NCBI GenBank assembly: GCA_963581795.1
Contig: CAUZOU010000001.1
Coordinates: forward strand, 1-41,197
DNA length: 41,197 bases
Reading direction: 5' to 3'
Origin: Dehalococcoidia bacterium
GTDB lineage: Bacteria; Chloroflexota; Dehalococcoidia; Lucifugimonadales; UBA2985
Shown: positions 8,159 through 16,318 of the stretch, in pieces
How positions within the stretch are numbered: position 1 is the stretch's first letter
Layout of the letters: each line of letters starts with the position of its first letter
Made by a program: the position numbers and the translations under genes
Notes under the pieces: model-generated
The model's database searches: none
What the model was told of the DNA's origin: nothing
Seen by the model: only the letters and a program-made list of their open reading frames with translations

Positions 8159-8251
8159 ATAATATCAGCCATTAAGCCAGACCAAAAACCACATCAATCG
8201 CAATTAAGCCTTGCGTAGTAAATCATCACTGGTATATGGGACACCTGTAGC

Positions 8252-8333
8252 CGGTTATAACGTGGAAGGAATCCATAAAGCTAGGAGCCTCATTAGGGAT
8301 TAGAGGCACTATGTTTTGCAAGCAGGGGGTCAG
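8252..8333 (+). repeat. degenerate cassette copy 4 (CGGTTATAACG box, leader element, then TTTGCAAGCAGGGGGTCAG) with no ORF behind it
   Basis: The -10 reads TATAAC. 8262-8306 resembles 6150-6195, and 8315-8333 repeats 5760-5778. Confidence 0.5.
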
Positions 8334-8405
8334 AGTTCGCGTTTTCCGAACTTCTTATCTGCCACAGGCATCCTAAGACCCGCCTGTTATGTCTCAAAAT
8401 TTGGG

Positions 8406-8420
8406 CCTGGGCACTCACAC
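8406..8420 (+). repeat. att-like right copy of the tRNA-Leu(TAA) 3' end (CCTGGGCAC-T-CACA)
   Basis: Exact 9-mer shared with 4007-4015, plus 4 more nt after a 1-nt indel. It lies at the AT-rich/core boundary, 140 nt before pyrF. Confidence 0.35.
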
Positions 8421-8556
8421 ATTAAACCAATCACTAAGCCTTGCCACGCACCATCAAGTGGCAATCCACTCACGTGCGGCCTTATCCATCTCTACCTTGT
8501 ATCAGAGAAATAACACGGGTACACTGTCATCACTCATACAGCATCCAGGAGGAACC

Positions 8557-9366
8557 GTGAGCACATTTCATGAGAAACTGACGTCAGCTTCCAAGAAAAA
8601 CAACTCACTCTTGTGCGTTGGCCTTGACCCAGACCCTGCTCTCATGCCGATAGAAGGCGTGTTGGAATTCAATAAGGCCATCATAGATGCCACCGCAGAC
8701 TTGGTCTGCTGCTACAAACCCAACCTAGCCTTTTACGAGGCACTTGGCATCCCTGGTCTTGAGGCCCTTCTACAGACACTCGAATACATACCAGGCGACA
8801 TTCCAGTCATCGGCGACGCCAAGCGTGGCGACATCGGTTCCACAGCCAAGGCATATGCCAAAGCCATGTTTGAGCAGTGGGGCTTCGATGCGACGACAGC
8901 CAACCCTTACCTTGGAAGAGATACATTGGAGCCTTTTCTGGGATATGCGGACAAAGGAGTCCTGGTACTGTGCCACACCTCCAACCCGGGCGCTGGCGAT
9001 TTTCAAGAGCTTGCCTTGGGCCTAAGCAACGATCAGCGTCCCTTCTATCAGCAAGTGGCTCTCAAAGCTCAGGAATGGAACAACAAGAACAACGTCGGCC
9101 TGGTGATGGGAGCCACCTACCCAGAACAAATGCAGACTATACGCCAGCTCTGTCCTGACATGGTCATACTCGCCCCCGGGATAGGCGCCCAGGGAGGAGA
9201 CTTGGAAAACACCGTGAAATACGGTATAAACTCCAGTGGCGGAGACCTCATCATCAACTCGTCCCGGGGCATCATATTCGCCTCACGCAACAAGGATGAC
9301 TTCGCCAGCGAGGCCAGGTCAGCGGCCCAAGAACTACGTCAGAACATAAACAGGGCCATAGAATGA
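8557..9366 (+). CDS. pyrF: orotidine 5'-phosphate decarboxylase (type 2)
   Basis: LLCVGLDPD, DAKRGDIGST and LAPGIGAQGG motifs. GTG 8557 is preceded by AGGAGG at 5-nt spacing. The ORF-track extension from 8389 has no homology. Confidence 0.9.
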   Translation: MSTFHEKLTSASKKNNSLLCVGLDPDPALMPIEGVLEFNKAIIDATADLVCCYKPNLAFYEALGIPGLEALLQTLEYIPGDIPVIGDAKRGDIGSTAKAYAKAMFEQWGFDATTANPYLGRDTLEPFLGYADKGVLVLCHTSNPGAGDFQELALGLSNDQRPFYQQVALKAQEWNNKNNVGLVMGATYPEQMQTIRQLCPDMVILAPGIGAQGGDLENTVKYGINSSGGDLIINSSRGIIFASRNKDDFASEARSAAQELRQNINRAIE

Positions 9367-9575
9367 GCGCCACGGTGATCGCGGAATGGAATATAGGAGA
9401 CCTGGTCACCTTGCAAAAGGTACATCCCTGCGGTAGCTATGAGTGGAAGGTGTACAGGATCGGAGCGGACATAGGCATTAAATGCACCGTGTGCGACCGC
9501 AGGTTGTTCATGGAGCGTAGTACATTGAAAAAGCGCACCAAGAAATTCTATCAAGTTGGTGAGAGCCAAGCCTAA
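9363..9575 (+). CDS. DUF951 family protein
   Basis: GDLVTLQKVHPCGSYEWKVYRIGADIGIKCTVCDRRLFMERS matches the DUF951 pattern. ATGA overlap with the pyrF stop. Confidence 0.8.
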   Translation: MSATVIAEWNIGDLVTLQKVHPCGSYEWKVYRIGADIGIKCTVCDRRLFMERSTLKKRTKKFYQVGESQA

Positions 9576-9584
9576 ATTGCACAC

Positions 9585-9613
9585 TTGTGCAAGAAGCAAA
9601 GGAAACTTATAAT
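9585..9613 (+). promoter_or_regulatory. promoter TTGTGC-17 nt-TATAAT upstream of cmk-plsC-glmS
   Basis: Hexamers read directly. The -35 lies inside the palindrome TTGCACA-CT-TGTGCAA (9577-9592). Confidence 0.45.
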
Positions 9614-9670
9614 TGCCCTCAAACTCAAAACCAGTGGGACAGTCCTAAATCTGAAACCATAAGGTGCTAA

Positions 9671-10345
9671 TTGCCTAAGTCATCGACCATAGCAATAGAC
9701 GGCCCGGTAGCCGCAGGCAAGTCGGCAGTCGGCACTCTGTTGGCCCTCCGCCTTGGCTATCGCTTCATTGATACTGGAGTAATGTACCGTGCACTGACAT
9801 GGGCTGTCCTCAGAGACAACATTGACCCGGATGATGAGGCAGCAGTAACCTCGTTGGCCCAACACACCAAGATAGAGGTTATCGGCAGCGACGGCACGGA
9901 AAGCCCGCGCTTCAGTGTCGACGGCCAGGATGTCACCAAAGTTCTCAGAACAAGGGAGATCGAACGCGGAGTATCCAGGATTTCCCGCTTCAACGAAGTG
10001 CGACAGGCTATGGTGACTCACCAAAGGATGTTTGCCAAAGAAGGCATGCTAATAATGGCAGGCAGAGACATTGGAACCATTGTCCTCCCAGATGCCGACC
10101 TCAAGATATTCCTCACCGCATCCTCCGAAGAACGGGCCCGCAGGCGTCATCGCGATATGAAAGATTCAAAACAATCCCATGCATTTGAGCATGTGCTGGA
10201 GGAACTCATTAACCGCGACAAGCTGGACACAGAACGCACCAACTCACCCCTCCGCCCAGCAGATGGGGCACACATCCTCAACACCGAGAGCATCGACCTA
10301 ACACAGGTTGTAGAACGAATCATGACTCTGGCAGAGGATGACTGA
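9671..10345 (+). CDS. cmk: cytidylate kinase
   Basis: IAIDGPVAAGKSAVG P-loop and FIDTGVMYRALT. TTG start after AAGGTG. Confidence 0.93.
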   Translation: MPKSSTIAIDGPVAAGKSAVGTLLALRLGYRFIDTGVMYRALTWAVLRDNIDPDDEAAVTSLAQHTKIEVIGSDGTESPRFSVDGQDVTKVLRTREIERGVSRISRFNEVRQAMVTHQRMFAKEGMLIMAGRDIGTIVLPDADLKIFLTASSEERARRRHRDMKDSKQSHAFEHVLEELINRDKLDTERTNSPLRPADGAHILNTESIDLTQVVERIMTLAEDD

Positions 10346-11034
10346 TGGGCATAATATACGAGACGTCCAACGTACTGCTAAAAGGCGCTTTGGGTATCTT
10401 TGGAGACTGGAAGGTAGAAGGCAAGGAGTGCGTTCCTCCAAAGGGCCCCCTGATCATCGTATCCAACCACCAGAGCAACATGGATCCCCCAATTTTGGCA
10501 GTCAGCATACCCAGACGCCTTAACTTCATGGCAAAGCGGGGCCTATTCCACAACCCAGTGGCCTCCAGCTTCTTCAGGGCTTACGGCGCATTCCCTCTCA
10601 ATCAGAGCGGAAACGATCTGTCGGCAATCCAGCGGAGTATACGGATACTCAGTCAAGACGGTGCCATTACCATTTTCCCGGAAGGCACCCGAAGCCCTGG
10701 TGCCATGAAAAGAGCCATCCCCGGCATTGCCATGATTGCTCTCAGATCGGGTGCACCTATTCTGCCTGTTGGCATTACTGGCACGGAGGTCATTGGCCCG
10801 CCCTGGCAGGTAGCCATACCAAAGGGACAGTTCCGAATAAGGATAGGTCAACCCTTCACCGTACCTCCCATGGAAGGCGCTGTGGTTAGAGGCCAACTGG
10901 AAGCAATCACCACAATGATCATGGAACGTGTCGCAGCCATGTTGCCAGAAAGCTATCGCGGCGTGTACGACCCAAAGGCGAACCGAGATGTCTCGGAAGT
11001 GCCCCAAGGAGATAGCGGAAACGGGAGCAAATAG
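10345..11034 (+). CDS. plsC: 1-acyl-sn-glycerol-3-phosphate acyltransferase
   Basis: NHQSNMDP (HX4D) and FPEGTRS acyltransferase motifs. The start overlaps the cmk stop (TGATG). Confidence 0.88.
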   Translation: MGIIYETSNVLLKGALGIFGDWKVEGKECVPPKGPLIIVSNHQSNMDPPILAVSIPRRLNFMAKRGLFHNPVASSFFRAYGAFPLNQSGNDLSAIQRSIRILSQDGAITIFPEGTRSPGAMKRAIPGIAMIALRSGAPILPVGITGTEVIGPPWQVAIPKGQFRIRIGQPFTVPPMEGAVVRGQLEAITTMIMERVAAMLPESYRGVYDPKANRDVSEVPQGDSGNGSK

Positions 11035-11036
11035 CC

Positions 11037-12881
11037 TTGTGCGGCATCATAGGTTACACAGGAAATAGAGAAGCCGCCCCCATACTGCTCGACGGACTGG
11101 GCAGGCTTGAATACCGCGGATACGATAGCGCAGGCATCGCAGTCGTGGATGCCAACAAGGCCATATCCGTCAAAAAAGCTCCCGGCAAGCTGAACAGCCT
11201 TGTACTATCCCTCAATGGTGCCAATCCTGTAGGAACCATAGGAATAGGTCACACACGATGGGCCACTCACGGCATCCCCAATGAGGCCAATTCTCACCCA
11301 CACCAGGACTGCCAGGGAAACGTGGTCGTGGTACACAACGGTATAGTAGAAAACTACCGGGAGCTTAAACAGGAACTTCTAAACAGTGGGCACACCTTTA
11401 GCTCTGTAACCGATAGCGAAGTCATTCCACACCTCATCGAGAGCCTGATGTCAGATGGTATGAGTAGCGAAGAAGCAACGCGCCAGACAGCCCTTAGACT
11501 GGTGGGCGCCCATGCAGTAGTGGTCATATTCAGCGGCGAACCCGAGAAGCTCCTGGCCTTCAGGAACGGCAACGCGGGAGGCCTAGTGGTGGGCTATGGC
11601 TACGGCGAAATGCTACTGGCCAGCGACCTGCCTGCGATAATCCCCATTACGCAACGAATCGCCTTCTTATCCGCCGGTGAGATGCTATCGTTGACGCCCA
11701 CCACAGCGTCCTACTCCTCCATACAAGGCACCACAATAGATAAGAAACCTCAGGTTGTCCCATACGACCCGGTTTCTGTGGCTAAAGGTGGGTACAAACA
11801 CTTCATGCTCAAGGAAATATCGGAGCAGCCTGAGGCAACCATCTCCACCATGCGGGACAGAGTATCCTTTGACCCATGGGACATCTCGCTGGAGGACGTC
11901 AACTTCACCGATTCGGACATCCACAGCATAAACCGAGTGATCTTCACGGCTATGGGCACAAGCCTGCACGCCGCCCGTGTGGCCAGCCACATGATGGAAC
12001 AGTTGAGTGGCATTCCTTCCGGGGCTGAGAACGCCTCCGAATTCAGGTATAGAAACCCCATAGTGGACTCACATACCCTGGTGGTATCCGTGGGCCAATC
12101 AGGGGAGACCGTCGATACCCTCTCAGCAATGGAAGAGGCCGCCAAGAAAGGCGCCAGGCTTATAGCCATATGCAACGTTGAGGAGAGCCAGGCCGTGAGG
12201 CTGGCGGAGGGACACATCTACCTAAGAGCAGGGCCGGAGATAGGGGTAGCCTCGACCAAGACCTTTGTGTGTTCCCTTGAGGCACTGTACATGTTGTCAG
12301 CTTACATAGGGCTTCGCCGCGGCTTCCTATCCAGGGCCGACCTTGGAGAGGCGTTGAAAGAACTGGTGCGGTTACCAAATCTCCTTGGCAGGATAATCTC
12401 CAACCATGAACCATACCTGCATCTGGCCGAGTTGTATTACAAAAAGTCCAACTTCCTATATCTGGGCCGCGGAGTGAACTACCCAGTGGCGCTTGAAGGA
12501 GCGCTCAAACTCAAGGAAATATCCTACATACACGCTGAGGGAAGTCCCGCCAGCGAGATGAAGCACGGCCCCATAGCCCTCATTGACGGGAACATGCCAG
12601 TGGTTGCAATTGTGCCTAGGGACGAACTGCGTGACAAGATGCTGAACAACATATCCGAGGTTAAGACGCGGGGAGGCACAATCATAGCCCTGGCCACCGA
12701 GGGTGATGAAGAGATAGCCAACCTAGTAGACCACGTCCTGTACATACCCCAGGCGTCTCGCCTTCTGACACCCATACTGGCGTCGGTCCCCATGCAACTG
12801 CTGGCTTACTACATAGCCGTACGGCGTGGATGCGACGTTGACCAGCCTAGAAACCTGGCGAAAACTGTCACCGTAGAATAG
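11037..12881 (+). CDS. glmS: glutamine--fructose-6-phosphate aminotransferase (isomerizing)
   Basis: N-terminal (M)CGIIGY with catalytic Cys2, two SIS domains, and the C-terminal LAKTVTVE ending typical of GlmS (family consensus LAKSVTVE). TTG start. Confidence 0.97.
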   Translation: MCGIIGYTGNREAAPILLDGLGRLEYRGYDSAGIAVVDANKAISVKKAPGKLNSLVLSLNGANPVGTIGIGHTRWATHGIPNEANSHPHQDCQGNVVVVHNGIVENYRELKQELLNSGHTFSSVTDSEVIPHLIESLMSDGMSSEEATRQTALRLVGAHAVVVIFSGEPEKLLAFRNGNAGGLVVGYGYGEMLLASDLPAIIPITQRIAFLSAGEMLSLTPTTASYSSIQGTTIDKKPQVVPYDPVSVAKGGYKHFMLKEISEQPEATISTMRDRVSFDPWDISLEDVNFTDSDIHSINRVIFTAMGTSLHAARVASHMMEQLSGIPSGAENASEFRYRNPIVDSHTLVVSVGQSGETVDTLSAMEEAAKKGARLIAICNVEESQAVRLAEGHIYLRAGPEIGVASTKTFVCSLEALYMLSAYIGLRRGFLSRADLGEALKELVRLPNLLGRIISNHEPYLHLAELYYKKSNFLYLGRGVNYPVALEGALKLKEISYIHAEGSPASEMKHGPIALIDGNMPVVAIVPRDELRDKMLNNISEVKTRGGTIIALATEGDEEIANLVDHVLYIPQASRLLTPILASVPMQLLAYYIAVRRGCDVDQPRNLAKTVTVE

Positions 12882-12882
12882 T

Positions 12883-12896
12883 TGAAAAGGGCGTAG
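12883..12896 (+). repeat. direct repeat TGAAAAGGGCGTAG immediately after the glmS stop
   Basis: Recurs at 13124-13137 as TGAAAGGGCGTAAG (one A fewer). Confidence 0.5.
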
Positions 12897-12964
12897 TTTT
12901 AGAGTTTTCCATTACCACCAAATCCAACAACCTTACTTACCACAAACTCTACTCCAAGAGATAA

Positions 12965-13126
12965 GAGATTGTCTTTAAACTCATTAAGTTTATGTACAGT
13001 GAAGGGTTGGGTTATAGAAAGATTGTCACAAAACTAAACTCTTACGTTATCAAGACTGCAAGAGACACTGGTGGGACTAACCACCAAAGTCTTCTCTGTC
13101 TTAAAAAGAAAAAGACAAAGAGATGA
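12965..13126 (+). pseudogene. fragment of a large serine recombinase (recombinase-domain segment)
   Basis: 53 codons bounded by stops: EIVFKLIKFMYSEGLGYRKIVTKLNSYVIKTARDTGGTNHQSLLCLKKKKTKR. This resembles the I..ly.eG.g...Ia..LN..gi.t....W....v..iL segment of that family. No start codon or catalytic domain is present. Confidence 0.4.
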
Positions 13127-13137
13127 AAGGGCGTAAG
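13124..13137 (+). repeat. second copy of the glmS-proximal direct repeat
   Basis: TGAAAGGGCGTAAG overlaps the stop of the recombinase fragment. Confidence 0.5.
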
Positions 13138-13199
13138 AGTTAAGACTAAAGGAATATCCCATCGTCTTTACCAGTTTCGGATTTAAACATTATGACTGA

Positions 13200-13246
13200 T
13201 AGAGAGTAAACCCGTGTCAAGTGAGTTGACACGGGTTTACTCTCTA
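13200..13246. repeat. perfect 21-bp inverted repeat with a 5-nt loop
   Basis: TAGAGAGTAAACCCGTGTCAA-GTGAG-TTGACACGGGTTTACTCTCTA. There is no U-tract on either strand. Confidence 0.85.
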
Positions 13247-13433
13247 GAAAAAGACCAAGACTATATTCGCGGTGTCCAGTATGCGTTGGAAGAGAGGGTT
13301 CAACTATGTCAAAACTAAAAAAGCAGTAAAATGAATGGACATGATACGATTTAACAACTACACCTTTTTCAAACAATCAGTCACAGTTGAGTGAGGGTGA
13401 CTTCGGATTTAGAAAAAAGAACAAGGAAGTCCA

Positions 13434-14336
13434 ATGTCATACAACCTGAGCGAAAAACTGGTCATAGGAATTACCTCACGTGCACTATTTGATCTTGACG
13501 AAGCACACCGTGTATTTTCTGAACACGGGCTTCAGGCATACCGCTCCTATCAGATTGAACGAGAAAATGAGCCCCTTGATCATGGAACAGGCTTGCCACT
13601 GATCAAATCCTTACTTGCCATAAACGACCTCGGGGAAAATCGCCTAGTTGAAGTAATCCTGATCTCACGCAATGACGCGGACTCAGGAATGCGAATCATT
13701 AACTCTGTTGAAGCCCATGGCCTAGACATTACGCGATTTGCATTCACGGACGGACCTACCGCGCACCGTTATCTGAAGCCATTCTATTGCAATTTATTCC
13801 TTTCAGCCCAGGCAGAGGATGTCCACAATGCCCTTGCCGCCGGTTTCCCTGCTGCATTGGTCTATTCACCTCCTAACCACATGCTGGAGGAGACAGAGCA
13901 GGTCATCATTGCATTCGATGGAGATGCCGTGCTGTTCGACGACGAATCAGAGCGCATATTCCAGGAGCATGGCCTAGACGAATTCAAAAGACATGAGACT
14001 GAACTAGAAGAAACCCCCCTAAATCCAGGCCCATTTAAAAACTTCTTGGAAGCAATCAGCAAGATTCAACAGGCCTTTCCAGAGTCGAACAATCCAATCC
14101 GAACAGTCCTCGTAACCTCACGTAATGCCCCCGCACACAAACGTCCGATCAAAACCCTGAGAGCATGGGGCATCAAACTGGACGAGTGCTTCTTCCTCGG
14201 CGGCATTGAAAAGGGACCCATATTGAATGCATTGAGTCCGCACATCTACTTCGATGACCAGCGTGTACATCTGGAATCTAGCAAAACGCATACTCCATCG
14301 GCTCAAGTGATCCCAATCTCCGAACCGGGTGTGTAG
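13434..14336 (+). CDS. 5'-nucleotidase, cN-IA-like family (PF06189-type)
   Basis: IGITSRALFDLDEAHRVF, EVILISRNDADSGMRI, IAFDGDAVLFDDESERIF, VLVTSRNAPAHKRPIKTLRAWGI and YFDDQ match my recollection of this family. Confidence 0.75.
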   Translation: MSYNLSEKLVIGITSRALFDLDEAHRVFSEHGLQAYRSYQIERENEPLDHGTGLPLIKSLLAINDLGENRLVEVILISRNDADSGMRIINSVEAHGLDITRFAFTDGPTAHRYLKPFYCNLFLSAQAEDVHNALAAGFPAALVYSPPNHMLEETEQVIIAFDGDAVLFDDESERIFQEHGLDEFKRHETELEETPLNPGPFKNFLEAISKIQQAFPESNNPIRTVLVTSRNAPAHKRPIKTLRAWGIKLDECFFLGGIEKGPILNALSPHIYFDDQRVHLESSKTHTPSAQVIPISEPGV

Positions 14337-14485
14337 ACACACATAGCGATTGTGCGGATTACGTATCAGGATTTGAGTAACTCCCCTACCCATCTCTTGT
14401 AGGTTACAAAAAGGAAACCTGCTAGAATAGGTCCAGAAGTAAGATATCCTACAAGCCTTTCCGCCGTTCACGTGAGGATCGTATC

Positions 14486-16309
14486 ATGACCGTGGTCCAG
14501 GACGTCAAAAGCCGAGCCGAAATAGTAGAAGTAATCTCGGATTATGCCGCCCTCCAGAAGGCTGGGCGTAACTTCAAGGCCAATTGCCCTTTCCACACTG
14601 AAAAGACACCGTCGTTCATCGTATTTCCGGAGCGTCAGACATGGCGCTGCTTCGGAGCATGTGCCACAGGCGGTGACGTCATCTCATTCGTGATGAAAGC
14701 CGAGAACAAGGACTTCAGCGAGGCCCTTAGCAACCTAGCACAGCGCACAGGAGTAACACTGCCGACCAGACAGGACAGTGGAAAACAAGAGTCACTGCAC
14801 CGTATGAACGATGAAGCCGTTGACTACTTTCGGAAGGTTATGGAGTCCACGGAAGGCATCAGGGCCAAGGAATACCTCCAACAAAGAGGCTTAGACAAGG
14901 CTACGACAGACACATTTCAACTTGGGCTAAGCCCAGGTGGACGAGAGGCACTTACCAGGCACCTAATCGGGCGAGGATACTCAGAAGAAGAGGTTCTCTC
15001 TGCAGGGCTGGCCACAAGGGGCGAAAGAAGAGAAATAAGAGACCTCTTTCACAGACGCCTCATCTTCCCAATCCTGAACTCCTCGGGACAAGTGGTTGGT
15101 TTTGGAGGCAGGGCCTTGGACGACTCTACCCCCAAGTATCTCAACACACCCCGCACCACTCTGTTCGATAAGAGCAGCATCCTCTACGGACTGTCACTGG
15201 CAAAGGAGTCCATAAACAGCACCGGCACCGCAGTCATAGTAGAGGGCTACATGGACGTCATTGCAGCGCATCAGCATGGTTACCGAAACGTTGTAGCCTC
15301 AATGGGCACTGCACTTACTGAACAGCAGGTCTCCTCACTGAGATCGGTGGCATCCACATTTGTGCTGGCACTGGACCCCGACAACGCAGGGAAAGAGGCC
15401 ACCTTACGCAGTTTGGAATCGTCCTGGCAGGCACTGCAGATCAACTTTCTGCGGGCTGGAGGGAAAAGCGGTGTGGTGTTCAGCCAGCGCCAACTGAGTG
15501 CGTCCCTCAAAATAGCGGCCCTTCCCGCAGGCAAAGACCCCGACGTGCTCGTCAGGGAGGATAGCCAGGAATGGGAGAGACTTATCTCGGAGTCGCAGAT
15601 ACTGCTCGACTACCTCTTTGAGGTACTGCCTCCACGCTTTGACCTCACGGCGGACGAGGGGAAGCTCCAATTGGTCGATGCCCTGAGCCCTTTCATACGC
15701 GGCGAGAAAAACCCGTTCACCCAGAGACGGTACATGCGCGACTTGGGGAACATCGTTTCATTCAGCGAAACAGACCTTGAAAGATACATATGGCGTGCCC
15801 AAAGACGCACCGTTGCCACCAGGAGAAGGACAAATCCCAACACCGCGGCCAACTCTTCACAGCAAGCCGCCGCAACCCGTGATGCACTGGAGGAGTACTG
15901 TCTCTCTCTTCTTCTGCAGCATCCTGACCTAAGGGGGAAAGGGCTTGAGATATCTGCAGACTACTTTGATCTATCGGAGAACAGAGACATCTTCACAAAA
16001 TGGTCTGTTTGTACTACAATAGAAGAGATTGGTGGTACTCTGCCTGTCGATCTAACTGAGCACCTTCAATCCCTGCTAGATATGGAGAACCCTCCATTGG
16101 ACATAAAGGAGCGTGAGAGGTCTCTTCAAGAGGTAGTGAATCGGTTGAAGGAGCGCTACTTCAAGATTCAGGAACAAGCCCTAATGGACCAGCTAGAGGA
16201 TGCAGACTGGAGTGACATCTCCAATCTGGAATCCTCCGCCAATCAAGCAAAAGAGATTAATCAGCATTTGAAAGAACTATTCTCCGGTTCAAATTCCACT
16301 AATACATGA
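14486..16309 (+). CDS. dnaG: DNA primase
   Basis: Zinc finger CPFHTEKTPSF...CFGCATGGD and a TOPRIM region (EGYMDVI, LDPDNAGKEA). Confidence 0.95.
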   Translation: MTVVQDVKSRAEIVEVISDYAALQKAGRNFKANCPFHTEKTPSFIVFPERQTWRCFGACATGGDVISFVMKAENKDFSEALSNLAQRTGVTLPTRQDSGKQESLHRMNDEAVDYFRKVMESTEGIRAKEYLQQRGLDKATTDTFQLGLSPGGREALTRHLIGRGYSEEEVLSAGLATRGERREIRDLFHRRLIFPILNSSGQVVGFGGRALDDSTPKYLNTPRTTLFDKSSILYGLSLAKESINSTGTAVIVEGYMDVIAAHQHGYRNVVASMGTALTEQQVSSLRSVASTFVLALDPDNAGKEATLRSLESSWQALQINFLRAGGKSGVVFSQRQLSASLKIAALPAGKDPDVLVREDSQEWERLISESQILLDYLFEVLPPRFDLTADEGKLQLVDALSPFIRGEKNPFTQRRYMRDLGNIVSFSETDLERYIWRAQRRTVATRRRTNPNTAANSSQQAAATRDALEEYCLSLLLQHPDLRGKGLEISADYFDLSENRDIFTKWSVCTTIEEIGGTLPVDLTEHLQSLLDMENPPLDIKERERSLQEVVNRLKERYFKIQEQALMDQLEDADWSDISNLESSANQAKEINQHLKELFSGSNSTNT

Positions 16310-16318
16310 GATGGTGAA

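Noticed and set aside
8389-8556. N-terminal extension of pyrF in the ORF track
   Set aside because: Low-complexity sequence with no OMP decarboxylase homology. A GTG with a perfect AGGAGG RBS at 8557 marks where homology begins.
8540-8556. PyrR-binding-loop-like AUCCAGGAGG upstream of pyrF
   Set aside because: It lacks the AGAGAGG core and an anti-terminator context. It is simply the Shine-Dalgarno sequence.
11030-11040. Possible glmS ribozyme
   Set aside because: glmS starts 2 nt after the plsC stop, so there is no leader to hold a ribozyme.
13146-13376. 76-aa minus-strand ORF
   Set aside because: It spans the perfect hairpin and AT-rich spacer and has no RBS or recognisable domain.
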